A DNA stretch of 64,000 nt from Camelus ferus (GCF_009834535.1 NC_045697.1:39682001-39746000); one strand, 5' to 3'; positions 49,193 through 63,179 are shown, counted from the first letter of the stretch. Notes: generated from the letters alone by a model not told the origin. A program made the numbers and translations.

Positions 49193-52100
49193 AATTCTTT
49201 TTAACAAAAATATTTTAGAGGTAAACATCAGTAAAATGGATCAATGCTGTGTAGAATATGCAAAGTAGCCTATGTACGGAGGAAATACAAAATTCTACAG
49301 GTGAGATCAAATTTCTCATGAGATCAGTTTTTTTAAAGAAGAATACTCAGTATTTGTAAGGATTAGGTGAAATGGGTACTCTCATATACTGATGATAATG
49401 TATAAGCTGGTATAATTCATTTTTAAAATAAATTTAGCAAGAATATCAAAAGATTCAAAATGATATATACTAATTCAATTTCAGCCTTGGAACCTTTTCA
49501 ATAAAAAGCAATTTTAAAGATAAACAAAGCTTTATACATAAGACGTTTGATACAGTCTTTAAAAATGGAGAGGGAAGAGAAACGGAAAAGGGGAAATAAA
49601 ACACAGAAACAAGTCAAATACCCCAAAGCAAAACAACAGAAAATACACTGTGCAGCCATTACTAAGGTGTCCATGAGGGCTTTGTAGTAACATTATAGAT
49701 AGATACAAGCACTATTTCAAGTTTAAAAATTCGGACATAGAAGTTTATATTATATAGTACATTTTTAACTATGCTAAATCTGTCTTTTTTTTTAATTGCA
49801 TAGTCTGAAAGGAAAACAGCAAATTCTTCAAAGTCATTCATCTCCAGGGGGCAGGGGGACACAGGACTCTGGAGCCCTGGTCTTGTCCTCTAAGAGGCAG
49901 GGTGCTGACCATTCATGGAGCACAGGCTCTCACTCAAACAAAATGGCTTTGAATCCGGGGTCTGGTTTTGAAACCTGGACTTCTGGCTGTGTAATCTTGA
50001 CCAAGTGACCTATGCCTCTCTCTGCCTCATTTCTTTTAGCTGTAAAGTGGGGAGGATTAAATGTGAAGGACTTAGAATAATGTCTGACATGGTAAGCACT
50101 CAAGAATTGTTACTGAATACTTAACTATCTGCTGTTCCTGGAACAGCCCAGTGCAAGTCCAAGGCAGATCTTAAAGATTATACCTCTCACAGACAATGTC
50201 AAGAGATCACCTGGAGTCAGCAGCCCTAACTTCAATAGATCTTAAGGAGCTAGAAGTATTTGTCATGTATGGGTTTTATTTTCAGGTTCTCTCTATAGAA
50301 TATAAGTGCCCCTTGGAGCACTTACCTTAAGCGTGGTATTTCTCACTGTGTATTCCCTCTCCTCACCCTTTTTTTAATATGGAAGAAATGGTGAAAGAAT
50401 ATAGATTGCATTCGATTTGATTAAACTGAGGTAAATTGGGGGTAATCTAGAATGATATGTGGATTTTTCATTAATGTAATAACACCACGCTACAGAGTGT
50501 GAGAAATACTTAACCATGAATACTCACGTAATACGATATTATCCAGATGTGACTACCAGCTGTGGCAAGATTTAGCTAAGATATGGCCAACAGCAGTCAC
50601 CCACGGATGTTCTTTTACCTGGATGCTTATAAATCATTTGTCTGTCTGCAGCTCTTGTCCAAGGAGAGAAAGCAATTTTAAGACCAAATGGAGTGTAATA
50701 AATTATGGATACAGAATTGGTACCCTTCTGACATTTTCCTCCAGGGCAGCAGTGACAGCAAATATCTTACTGTTAACTCAACAAAGCACCTTCAATGCTA
50801 GCAGTATCTGTATTCACAAAAGCCCAAGTTAAAAATCCAGCAGGTATTATTCTTTTAGTTCTCTCATTTACTTTTCTTAGACTGATCTAAGAAATACCCA
50901 GAAAGGAGCCCCAGTGATGAGATGACGGCGTGTAACAGTCAAAGGGGAATAGCAGCTGCAATGATTAATCTTTTACCGTCATATATAACCTTTCTTACCA
51001 GGAGCTCAACAAGCTTTGCTGATAAGGTTCCTGCTTTTTGCAATATAAAAGAAAAAGGAAAAAAATTTCACCTGTCTTTTTCCGGCTGTCCCTAACTATG
51101 ACAGCAATACTAAGTAATGTGGCAGTAACCACATGAGGTTTTCAGAAGCCTGCCCACCAGGTAACTGTGACAGCAGGGGGTCTGCCCCCGTCGCCAAGTA
51201 CAGACTCACAGACAAAACAGTGTGGCTGAGAGCACTGTGTACTCAGTGAGTGCCCGTGACCCAGAGAAGCCAAACCCCACACTTCTCCCTAACATAGAAG
51301 CTTTTCCATATTTTAATGGCAAACACAGTGTCCTGCCATAAAAACAGGAATCCTCCCTTCTGCCTGGCAATACTTAAAACCACAGCACTTCTTATGCACA
51401 AAAATTTGTAAACTTTTGAAGCTATTTTTTAGAAAGTCACGGTAACAGAATGATGGAGTTCTATAGTACAAGTAAAAGAACAATGTAAGTTCCTTAATCA
51501 CTCCCTTAATTTATATACTGTCTTTCTTCTAAGGAACCTCTATGTCATCAGAACATCCTTATGGAAAATGTTTTCTAGAAGCAGCCCTTAAGTCAATTAG
51601 GAGCAAATAACTGCAAAGAAAGAGAAAAGGAACCCTCATGTGTTTCAACAAAGGCATGCTCTCTGACCACACTGACTCTGAGGACCACCCATGGGATCAG
51701 CAATGTCCAGGAGTGTGCATGTGTCAGTGTGTGGCCAGGCCACTCAAGGTGGCTGTTCTTTGCTCTCTGGACATGCCCTGCCTGACGTGTGCCTGCTTCA
51801 CCTACACCCTACTCACATGACTGACCTTCCTACATACTTGCCCCAGGTCCTGGCTAATGATTGCTCTAACTTTAGATCTCTGTGTTAGCTTTTCATAGGG
51901 GTGATGAAGGGCATGCCCCTCTGCTGGTTTCCCTGGTAACTGATGAGTCAACCTGAAGTCAACCCCCTCTGTAGCAAAGACTGCCCCCATGTCCTGCCCG
52001 CTGTCTGCCGCACACGGTGGAGGGTCGCTCCAGACATGTGAGATCCCCCTATGCGTTAAACCACTGATGTCTCTGTTGCTGACTATAGGCTCTTCCTTTG

Positions 52101-54244
52101 GTCTTGAGGCTGGGCAAGTACAGGACTTGTAGGCCTGTGGGGTGCAGCCCAACAGTCAGCAACTTATTTAAATGGTGGAGAAAGAAAAAAGGCAGATGAA
52201 GAAAGAAAGTGTGCCACGGACCCACCTCTATCATACAACTCGTTTGCTCACAAACCAAAAATGGCTTTGTATCACCTGTTGAATGAACTCTAAATATCTC
52301 AAATTTTCAAAGATTTCTACAATCTAATCCCCCAGCTAGCTGGTGCGGGATCATCCAAATGAAGCTTCCCGCAGCAATGGCCCCATCCAGCACTCAGACC
52401 TACTCACGCGCTATTTTCGGCCTGAAATAGCCACCAGGGTTTAGCCGTCACTTGACAGCGCAACTTGCACTTCTGATTATGTCCTTGCCTCTGCTTTCTA
52501 GTACCCAAATCTTAGTGGGCTTCCCAGCTCAGCCCTATCTTGTATCTGTCCTCCCAGATGCATCCATCCTATGGATTTCTCTGAACTCCTTCAAATTCAA
52601 TTACTCAATTTTGTCTTCATATTTCATTTAGGGTTGCATATGAGAACTGTGTATCACCCTAAACAAACTGTGTTGTATTTCAGTATTCCTGCACAGACTG
52701 CCTCTCAACTATTAAGTCGATTCAACTGATGATTCAAAGAAATGTCTACTGAATAAGGAGAGACAGTGAGAGTGACAGGGAGAGAGAAGCGGAGAGACAG
52801 AAAGAGAAAAACTCAGACCCAGAAAGAGACAGAGAGCAACAGGGCAGAGACAAAAAGTACTTGAAGAGAAATACTTTTATAAAGATATGAAAAGGAGGCT
52901 TAAGTCCCCACATCTGCCTCATCTGCAGACTACGTCACAAACTGCCTATGTCTGCGCGAGATCACTCTTTCCCCACCCAGTGGATTCAACATATAGCGCA
53001 TTAGGATGACTCACCAGAATTTGAAGAGATTCTTTGTGTGTCCTTCCTCAGGCTGTGTACCTAGCCCACAGTTAGCTCCTAACACAATGCACACATTACC
53101 TTGTCTGAAACCTGATGCAAAAGCTCAGACGCCCTTTGAAAGACTGAAGGCGATAGACGCACTAGATGCACAGACACACATACATATGTTATAAAGCGGT
53201 CATCAAAATCAGGAGGGAAGAGAAGTCACCTGGGCCAACAAATCCACTTTATGAGCTGCTATCATTTTCCCAATCTAAAAACATTATCAGACTCCATGGA
53301 ATAATATGACTGTTCTTATTAAAGAAATCATTTGCTGTTAGTGAAAGTACCAACATTATATAGATAAAGGACATTGCTTTCAGCTCCAAGAGATTCTTAT
53401 CAAGTAAGAGTTTTGATTGAAACACCTACTTGAGACCAGACTAGCCACTATATTAGGTTTCCAGAGTCAAGATAATTTCATCATCTGAAGCCATTTTTGT
53501 TGGGTATGTGGCAACTTCTGCATCATTTCACTAAACTCTGATATTATAGCTCACACCTTCCCCAAAGCTGAGGCTTCCTGGATAGTCTGAAAGGTTTACA
53601 TCAAAAAGAAAAGATTACCCAATGTTAAATTAGACAATATTGGTCTCTAGAGATCTTTAAAAATGTAGACGAATAAAAGAAGAGACTTGTTAGTTTTTCT
53701 ATCATTCCTAGTTTTAAAAGGGAAGATTTATGGGAGGAAGCCAAGGTGGATCACTTGGATACAGTGAATTTCATAGGATCTCTGTTCACATCTTTGCAAC
53801 GATTTACAGAAAGAAGTCAACTAAAGGCAGAGTGAATTGGCTTCAATTTCCCCATATTCTTAAAACAGCATTCAACCTCCCTACATCTGTAACTTTCCCA
53901 CAGTTCTAACTGAACCCCTGCTTTCCTCTGTGAAGGCTTCCCTCCTCATGACCCTCCCAGGCAGAGACTGCCATTCACCTTTCCCTACCCTTACCATTTC
54001 TTTAAGCCAAGAAGCTTTGTCTCTGGCCAGTGTGCTAGTGGTCCCTAAATCCTCAGCTCAAGAGTCTACCTTCTATTCTAATAATCTAAAGCTCCTCCAA
54101 GAATGTACATTTTTGCTGTCTTTGTTTTTTATTTATTTCACAACTTTTTTCTTCCTGGTACTCATTGTAGGCGACCTCAAGTTCACTGGTGATTAAAGTT
54201 GGCATAAGTAACTAAACAAACTACTGATATAAGGCGTCTCTCCT

Positions 54245-54472
54245 AATACAACAAACTAGTGAATACAACAGAAAAGAAGCAGACTCACAGACAGAACAAA
54301 CTAGTGGTTACCAGTTGGGGGGAGGAGGGGCAATACAGAGATATACAACCTACTGAGCGTAACAGGCTCAAGGATATATTGTACAACACGGGGAATATAG
54401 CCAATATTTTGTAATAACTGCAAATGCAAAGTAACTTTTTAAACCTGTACAAAAAATTTAAATGCAAAAAAA
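54245..54472 (+). mobile_element. L1 3'UTR fragment
   Basis: Similar to 56680-56880 (caaactagtgaata...gcagactcacag...aaactagtggttaccag). Confidence 0.75.
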
Positions 54473-55897
54473 TCCTATTAAAAATATGAATTTATTTTTT
54501 AAAAAAGACACCTTTCCTTTGAGATATATAAAAATTTCCAGCTCTAAACATAATCACCTGGGTATCACACAGACATGTCAAAATCAATATCCATGAAATG
54601 AAACTCTTTTCCCCTTCTACGCTGCTCTACAGATCCTGTTTGCTGTTGATCAGCTGTCCAAGTTAGAAACCTCAGGGCTGTTATTAATACATGTCTCTCT
54701 AGGACCATCCACATATAATCAGACACCAGCTCCTGCCGACTGCATAACCAACACGCAGCCAACTTCGCATCCCTGCTACCTTCGTCTCAGCCCTCACCAC
54801 CTGCTACCTGAGCTACCTCAACAGCCTCCTAATGGGTCTCCTCGCATGTGGCCGACTTCTACATGGCCACCAGTTAACTTTCTAAAACAGAGATCAACCA
54901 CGTCCCATCCAAACCCATTTAAGGCCTTGACAAGCTCCACCGCACAAGTACTCATCAGTCTCTACCATGTGTTAAGTTTGAGAATCCGACTCACATTATT
55001 CCCTCTGTCTACATGTTTCTCCCACTCGCACTCTTCAACGTCTGGTAAAAGTGTTGTGGCCTCACATCCTGATTGGGTGGCACCTGGCCTGTCACTTTCC
55101 TATCACACATGCCATAATCCACTGCAATCATTTATTACAATGACTCTCCCCAGGTAGTCTTGAGGATAAAAGTTACTCATTTCCTACACCCAGCAACATG
55201 CCTGACATACAGCAGACACTCAGGGTTTGTAAACTAAATTAATTAATATGCAGATGGCCAACAAGCACACTTATAATACAAAGTAAACAAAACAGAATTT
55301 TCTTGCTCCTCCAAAGAGAGAACACAGAGAAAATTATCCTGAAAAAAATCAGATATACTTGAATTAATTTTCATGAGGCAGAAAGAATTTAATTAAAAAC
55401 TTATATTACAAACTCTTCAGCAATAAAACCACAATAATAGAAAGCATCTTTATAACATTCACTTACTCAACACATATTTTTTTTGAGTATCTTTGTGCCA
55501 GGCACTCTGCTGGATGCGGGAAATCTTGTGCTAGACGCTGGGCGTTCATTCATTCCAGAATGTTTTCCTATCAATTATCTCACTTTAGTGTCACAACCAT
55601 CCCATGAGGTAGGCAGGACAGTTGCCATAACCCCCATTTTACAGATGAGAAACTGAGAGCAGACAGTCTACCTGGTTTGCTCAGGGTCAAAGCCAGGAAG
55701 ATGGAGATCTAAAACTAAAACAGTTCTCTCCTCAATCCAGGTCTGGTGCTTCTTCTCCTATTAGGCCTGCAAGTTCTGGCTCTACCACCCTTATTTCCGC
55801 TGAAGAAGGGATTAAAATTCAACTTCAGTCTTGGTCTTAAAAGTAAAAGTGCAGAGAAATGAAGTAGAGAGGTCTGCAGTCCAGGGTGAGGACTAAC

Positions 55898-55980
55898 CTG
55901 TTATCCTTGCACACGGTCACCTTGTCTCCCCCAGGTATCAGCTGCTTCTGTTCAATCACTCCATAGCTTTCTCGACAAAT
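55898..55980 (-). CDS. HERC3: HERC3 exon preceding the NAP1L5-containing intron
   Basis: Acceptor atatag| and donor |gttagt; 83 nt; encodes ICRESYGVIEQKQLIPGGDKVTVCKDN plus AG; phase 2 joins the exon at 29593. Confidence 0.96.
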
Positions 55981-56354
55981 CTATATTTGAGAAGGAAGAA
56001 AAAAACTTTCAGTTTGTTTACAACTTATCTTTCTAGACCCCACATGACTGACAGAAGCCTTGAGAACAAATGTAGCTTAATGACGACTGATTACCACAGA
56101 ACATCCTCGGGAGGAGAAAGAGAAACTGAATGAGAAAACACTGGCACCCTGAAAGACATCTTCTGTTTTAAGACATGGAGTTGCCAATAAGTGCAATCAA
56201 AGGGAAAATGACATGAGCTCTAGAAAAGAAATTTTATGTATAGGAGTAAAGAGGATTCATGCTTTAGTAATTTTCTTAAGTGCATAGATTAATCATTCAT
56301 TCACTTATTCAACACATTTACTGAACTCCCGTAATATTCAAGACACTATGACTA

Positions 56355-56966
56355 CCCTATGACCCACCAATTCCACTCCTGGATATACATCTGAAAAAAA
56401 CAAAAACACTAATTCAAAATGATACACGTACCCCAGTGTTCATAGCAGCGTTGTTTACAATCACCAAGATACAGAAGCAACCTAAGTGCCCATCAAGAGA
56501 TGAATAGATAAAGAAGATTTGGTGTGTATATATACAGTGGAATACTACTCAGCCATAAAAAAGAATGAAACTTTGCCATTTGCAGCAACATGGATAGACT
56601 TGGAGGGCATTATGCTAAGTGAAATAAGTCAGAGAAAGCCAAATATTGTAATGATATCACTTACCTGTGGAATCTAAAAAACACAACAGACTAGTGAATA
56701 TTAAAAAAAGGAGCAGACTCAGAGATCTAGAGAACAAACTAGTGGTTAGCAGTGGGGAGAGGGAAGAAAGGGCAAATAGGGGTAAGGAATTAAGAGGTAC
56801 AAATTATTATGTATAACATAAGCTACAAAGATATATTGTACAACACAGAGAATATAGCAAATATTTTATAATAACCATAAATAGAGTATAGCCTTTAATA
56901 ACTGTGAATCATTATTTTGTACACCTGTAACATATATTGTACAGCAATTATACTTCAATTTAAGAA
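56355..56966 (+). mobile_element. 5'-truncated L1 with 15-bp TSD
   Basis: TSD AAGACACT(A/G)TGACTA at 56340-56354 and 56967-56981; ORF2 end plus 3'UTR; inserted into an L2-like tail. Confidence 0.92.
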
Positions 56967-57294
56967 AAGACACTGTGACTAAAGTAAGTTCGCTTAGGGA
57001 AGTCTGAATTTATTCTTTTGTTTGTTTTTTGTTTTTGTTTGGATTTTGAACTATTTTATTTTTGCTTTTATTATTTACTGAGTATCAAGGGGATGTAATC
57101 AGGATTGAAATGCTCCCAGAACCCAGGAAGATTTTCTTCCTCACTGCCTCAAAGGGCCACCCGAACTTAAAACATTTTTCCCCTCTCAATCATGAGTTTA
57201 TTCTTTGATTTGGAGAAAAATTAGTGTTAATTATGACTTGTAAACATGATGAAAGAGACAGCTACGATCATAAGTAAACTGTGGAAATCCTTAC

Positions 57295-57361
57295 CGTAAA
57301 GTTGAGGCAGAAAGTCTCCTCAATATCTTCCCCAGGGTAATCTAAAAGTTCTTGAAGACTC
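57295..57361 (-). CDS. HERC3: HERC3 exon (HECT)
   Basis: Acceptor gattag| and donor |gtaagg; 67 nt; encodes (R)SLQELLDYPGEDIEETFCLNFT. Confidence 0.96.
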
Positions 57362-58459
57362 CTAATCACAGAACGACAGAGAAAGGAAAAGAGGCAAATC
57401 AGACATGGCAACAGTGTCTGAATCTCCGTCACACGTCCAGACTGTTTACAATGAAAAGCTGTAAAAGAAGATTCTAGAACAAATATAAACCCAGACTGAC
57501 AGAAAATGATGTTAACTATATCTTGAAAAAATATGGCAGTTGACTTATAAGACATTCATTCATGGCTCTCTGTTCCTACTGACAAATCTTACTGCATTTA
57601 TGAAAGAATTCAGATGGGTTTCCCCCTGATCCACTTGTGTGAACCCTGGTATTCCTTGGAAGCAGATGTATGAGGAGATGGTACTGCAATGGTCCTCTAG
57701 TCTGGCTTTATCCACATGCACTAGCAGAATAGCCCTTTCGTCATCAAAAAAGCTACAAAGTCACTCCATCCACTTAGGAATCTTAATGGCTTACTTGTTA
57801 ATGCAAGGGACTCTATGGTAAAGCACTCTATTTAATCAGCCATACTAAAGAACACAGAAACACGTTTACGCCAGTGAAGGTCATGTTGTGGCCCTCACGA
57901 GAACACATTCCTGTAACCAGACCTCATTCTCACTTTCTTCCTGAGTGAGCTCCGAGTCTGGTGGTTCCATAAAGAGTTGCCTAGGAGGAAAATTCTTAGT
58001 GTGGAATTTAAATCTGCTTCCAGTTAACCAGCCAAGATCATTACTTGAAATACATCATTCCCAGCCAGGTTGGCAAAGAAAACAGCACACATTTCTGTCT
58101 CAGTTACCAAAAAAGGAACCTTTGCCTGGGTCTCCTCTGCCATTTTTTTATACTCTTTCTAAATTTTCTTTTCCTCTCTCTGGGCCCCCACTCCGCCCAG
58201 CCTTTACAATTTCTCCCTATTGGTGTCCGATACTGGTGGTGTGACAGTCTCATTTCCAGAGGGCACCTTAGAGACCACTCCTCCTCTATTGCCATCTGAA
58301 AATTGGTATTCTTTCTCCATAAAAAGGTATGTTCCTGCCTGTTAAAGTCAAAAGAATATGGTGTCTTTTTATGTACTTCATCATACGCTACCTAAAATCA
58401 ATACAGATAAACTCAGGATAAAGGAGCTTTTAAGAGCCAGAAAGAAAATAACCTAAAAA

Positions 58460-59085
58460 CATGGCTCTACTACTTCGGAAAACAGTCTACAGGTTCCTCA
58501 AAAGGCTAAACATAGAGCTACCATCTGACCAAGCAATCCCACTCCTGAGTACTCACCCAAGAGAAATGAAAACTCATGCCTACACAAAAAGGATGCAAGA
58601 ACACCCACAGAGGCACGAGTCCATAATAACCAGAAGGTAGAAACCAGTCAAACGTCCACCAACTGACGAGGGGACAAACATAATGTGGCATAACCATACG
58701 ATGAAATGTTATTGGCAATAAAAGGAATGAAATGCTGATACAAGCCACAACTTAGTGGAACCCTGAAAGCATGCTGTGTGAAAGAAGCCAAACACAAGAA
58801 AGCACATGTTGTATAACTCCATTTATGTGAAAATCCAGAATAAACCAGTCTATAGAGACAAGAAAGTAGACTGGTGGCTGCTGAGGGCTTCGGGACAAGG
58901 AAACTGGGGGTGTTGACTAAGGAGCACCAGGCTTCTTTTTCGGGTGATGAAAATATTCTAAAATTGACTGTGGCAAAGCTGAACGACTCCATGAATGTAC
59001 TATAAGACACTGAATTACATACTTTAAGTGGGTGAACTGTGTGGTATGTGAATTACATCTCAATTAAACTAGTTTCTAAAAAAAG
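58460..59085 (+). mobile_element. L1MB-like 3' end
   Basis: 'acatagagctaccatctgaccaagcaatcccactcct...gtgaattacatctcaattaaact'. Confidence 0.85.
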
Positions 59086-59088
59086 CTC

Positions 59089-59950
59089 TGTAAGAGAACA
59101 GAACATACATATATTCTTCTCTGCCCCCAGTTCCTTGGTACAGAGCTCCCCAAACCCCTGTAAATCCCTAAGTGAGAAGGGTACTAGGAGTGTCTTTTGT
59201 TCTAATGCAGTGACTCTGGGTGGGTCCTGGCTGGGGGCTGGGGATCAGAAAGACCCAGCCATGATTAGAAACTTAGAATTTTCAGCCCATTCTCCAGAGA
59301 CGGGCGAGGAGCTGGAAATGGAGGTCATAACTGATCACGCCATTGTGAGGAAGCCTCTATCAAATCCCCACAGTAGGGGGCTCCGGAGCTTCCAGGTTGG
59401 TGAGCACATCCACACCCGGAGGGCGCCACACCCCAACTCCACGAGGTCAGGAGCTGCTCCTGCGCTCAGGACCCCTCCAGACCTCACCCTACGTACCTCT
59501 TCATCTGGCCGTTCATCTATATCCTTTATCGTATCCTTTAATAAACTGGTGGACCTAACTGTTTCCCCGAATTCTGTGAGCTGCTCTAGGAACTTAGTGA
59601 AACCTGAGGAAGGGGTCGTGGGAACCTCTGATTTGTAGCCCATGGGACAGAAGTTGTGGGGAACCTGGGGACCTACAATCTGCGGCTGGCATCTGAGGTA
59701 GGGTGGGAGCAGTCTTGTGGGATGGAGCCCTTAACCCGTGAGATCTATCTCCGGGTAGATGTGTCATAATTGAGCTAAATTTGTAGGCCACCCAGCTGGC
59801 ATCATGGAAAATTACTTGGTGGTGTGGAGGAAAGCCTCCCACACAGCCAGTGACCAGAAGTGCTATGAGTGTGGTCGTAGTGTGAAAGTCAAGGAGACAC
59901 AGAGAGGAGAAACACAGAAAGACGGGGAGACCTGCAGGGTTTTTTAACAC
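59089..59950 (+). mobile_element. MER21-like LTR
   Basis: 'cagagctccccaaacccctgtaaatccctaagtgag', AATAAA near 59540 and 'gaggaaggggtcgtgggaacc' resemble MER21. Confidence 0.75.
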
Positions 59951-60192
59951 AGGTTCCCGCTTCAGTACTTTCTCCCCTGTATGTACGGACCACGACATGA
60001 ACCTGCCTGCCCCCAGATGACGCAGGCAGAGCTTCAACCAAGCAGCTGCGGAGCTATGTCTTACGACAAGGCACACAACATGCAGTCTAACGATGAACTC
60101 TAACTCATACATGCAGCGTTTCGACCTTTAATCCCAGGGCAGAGGCAGCCAGAGCCATTTCCCATGCCAGTGCCCCGTCTCCCGCGTTGTAC

Positions 60193-60359
60193 CTTCCTTC
60201 CGTGGGTGACAGCTCCTTCAAGTCTTCCAGGCCAGGCTTCACGTTCAGCAGCTTCTTATAAAGCGCCAGCGGGAAGTGCAGGTCGACCACGGTGGAGTTG
60301 TAGATGGCGAGGCCACAGGTTATGCCAATCAAGTGAAACCAGTTGTGCTCTACAAAACA
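60193..60359 (-). CDS. HERC3: HERC3 exon (HECT N-lobe)
   Basis: Acceptor ctgacag| and donor |gtacaa; 167 nt; encodes [55 protein letters not shown] plus AG. Confidence 0.96.
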
Positions 60360-60596
60360 CTGTCAGCATGTGTGCAAACATATGAAAAAGAAATGCAGTG
60401 TTGGTGGCCCTCAAAACCATCAGCCATTTACCTTAAAATATTTTCTGTATGAAAGAATGAGGATCTCACTGAGTTACCTTCTGAAGCAGAGAAACACCCT
60501 TGACAAAAGTTTGATTATCCCCAAAAGACACAATGTAGACAAAAGTAAGCATTTCTAGCTCTTCTGTGATACACAGACCAGCGTATCCTCACTGAG

Positions 60597-60806
60597 AGCA
60601 ATGCTGTCCAACAGAACTGTCTATAGTGATGGAAACATTCTATTCTGCACCATCCCAGGTGGCAGCCACCAGCTACATGGGTCCTGTGAATGTTGGCTGG
60701 TACTACTGAAGAAATGACTCCAGTATGATTTAACTTTAATTAAATAGAATTCAAATTTCAAAAGCCACATGATGTGAGTGGCCGTCTTTCAGGACAGTGC
60801 AGATCT
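60597..60806. mobile_element. MER3-like DNA transposon
   Basis: Termini 'caatgctgtccaacagaac...ggacagtgcag'. Confidence 0.7.
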
Positions 60807-61312
60807 AAGGAGCAAACTCTGGTAGAAAAAGAACTAAACTATAGTCTGCTTAACATTATAATTGCCTTTTAAAACTCAGCTCCCCTGTGGAGGGACAGGG
60901 CAAAAAAAATTTTTCCTCTATTACTGAATTTTCAAAAATAAAGTATGAACTTGTGTATATCTGTATGAGTATTCATACACATACTATCACTGTTATCAAA
61001 ATAAGGCATATTTGACTATTACATTTTACATGTCATAAAACTAATTTCTTTATCCTACCATGTTCTTTCTACCCTTCAAGGATTCCAAAACTTGGAGCTT
61101 ACCTACTAGGAATGGAAAAGGGGCTGATGGGGGACAAGATGCACTATGAGCCACAGGTGAAATATGAAGACTGGATATATTATATGGACATTTTAAATTA
61201 TTATCTTTGTTATGTTCCCCTCTGTAAAATTCAGAAGTCTAGGGATTGGTCTGAAAACAAAAAAGGAAGTTTAATTCAATCCTTCTGTTTAATGGTGACA
61301 CCAGTAACTTAC

Positions 61313-61456
61313 CGTATCTGAAAACCACAAGAGATTTGAATCTGGATAGTAGGTAAACATTCCATAGATGGGATTCAACAGTTCTTTTAACAGTAAAAGA
61401 AAGAACTCTTTTGTGACACCACCAGCATCCACTGCTTCTTCACCATCAAAAATGAC
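61313..61456 (-). CDS. HERC3: HERC3 exon (HECT start)
   Basis: Acceptor ttttaag| and donor |gtaagt; 144 nt; encodes VIFDGEEAVDAGGVTKEFFLLLLKELLNPIYGMFTYYPDSNLLWFSDT. Confidence 0.97.
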
Positions 61457-63046
61457 CTTAAAATAACGAACTTAGAATTAATATTTCAGGGAAATCGCTG
61501 GCATTTTTTTTAAGCAAATTGTTTCCAAAGTCAGGACTAAGAAAGGAAAATATAACAGAGAATACAATGATGCAATGAAAACTACAAGGTGTGGCTACTG
61601 ATTATTAACAAGGCACTTGCAAAGGTACAACATTTTTACTAGGCACTTCAAGGCATACAAAGAAAGTCGTAAGTTTACCATATGTCCCCAGAAAGTTTAC
61701 CATCTATTTAGGGCAGGAAGGCAAACATACAAGAACCAATTCAAGAATACATTTTATCTTCAAGGAGTCAGATACACTGAGACATAAAGATTCTGGCACA
61801 CAGAGAAACACTGTGATTAACCAGAGTAAAAGAAGAAATCTCTCTCAGTGGGTCACTGAACTAACTGAAAGGGAGGAGAGCATTCTCAGCAGGCACTGAT
61901 GGGGCCCCAGGAGAGGATATACACAGACCCCTCAGCAGACCCACACCAGGTACTCTGGACCCGTAACAGTCATCACGGTGACGACTACAGCAAACCAACA
62001 GACGAGACTCACTGAGCATTTACTCCACGCCAGCCAGCACCAACTATTACCCTAATCCTCAGAACGATCTTGTGCATAGGGATTACTATCATTACCCCCA
62101 TTTTACAGGGAAGGGCTCAGACCCAGAGCTAAAAACAGCATTTGAGAAAGCTTATCCTGGTGGCTCTGTTCAAGATTGCCTAGAGCAGGAAGAGAGGAAG
62201 CATCTGATAAAAAGGCAAGCGGATGGCTTTACTCAGACAGGCACAAAGCAAGAACTGCCTCCGCTGATTTAGTGATTGAAAACAGGGGCAGAGAGAGCCC
62301 CTCTTTTTGTAATATCGAAAGTCTAACCCAGAAGTTCTAGGGAGAACTCTCAGGCAGATTGATGGGATGGATGAGAACTACCGGACATCTTGCAAAGGGC
62401 GACAATATCACAGAGAACATCAGTTTCTCGCCTATTATGTTTCAGAAACTGGAGTTTACAACAGAATTGGAAATAGAGTAACGAAAGCCTTCTGAAGGGA
62501 AAGGTAAATGACTTAAAACTTCAAATAATTCACTATATTGAACATTTACGGTGTTCCAAGCATTGTGCTGAGCCCCAGGAATACACAAACATGCACTATG
62601 AGGAAAGACAATTTCTTAATTCAGCAATTTCAGAGTACTAAGAGTGCCTATCGTCACAGGCCACCGGCTACCCAGACGATTTCACTACCTTTACGTTCTC
62701 TTTTTTTTTTTGAACCTTCTTTCTCTTAAATCTTTGACATCCAAAGACGTCCTAGATGCTGGCTTGACAGTTTTACCTAGTTGGAGTTTTAGTTGTGCTG
62801 TTGTTTGCTTGTTTTTGGTAGAGCTGGAGCAGGTACACTGAAGACAGCAAAGACCCTATCATCCCTCAAGTAATCCACTGGCATTTTTATTTGCTGTTAT
62901 GTTGAGATGTTCTGTTTGGTGATTTGACAGAAGGAGGTAATTAAATTCTTGTAAAATGAATTTAAAAAATAATGAATGGCTGCACTCCACGATGTAAATA
63001 AGATCTTCGCTGCTTCATCAACACTGTTTAAAGAAGACCTAGGAAG

Positions 63047-63148
63047 GGGGAGGGTACAGCTCAGTGGTAGTGCATGCGATTAGCGATTAGCATGCGAGGT
63101 CCTGGGTTCAATCCCCAGAAACTCCATTAGATAGATAGATAGATAGAC

Positions 63149-63179
<31 letters not shown>

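Larger units (their letters stand above)
47030..49800 (+). mobile_element. Ancient fragmented L1 (L1M/L1ME-like), interrupted at 47876-48402 and ~48480-49190
   Basis: ORF2-like stretches 'tttgctggcatgtgattatatatggaaaacccaagag', 'aaaatatgtaaaggatatcagcagac' and 'gggtactctcatatactgatg'. Confidence 0.65.

Noticed and set aside
52408..52431. Hairpin GCTATTT...AAATAGC overlapping a possible 14-nt minus-strand microexon (tttcag|GCCGAAAATAGCGC|gtgagt)
   Set aside because: Poor polypyrimidine tract, frameshifting length and only a 7-bp stem; expected by chance in 26 kb of intron.
59039..60112. Long ORFs of 199 aa (+), 102 aa (-) and 172 aa (-)
   Set aside because: They lie largely within the L1/MER21-like repeats and have no recognisable domains or supporting splice structure.
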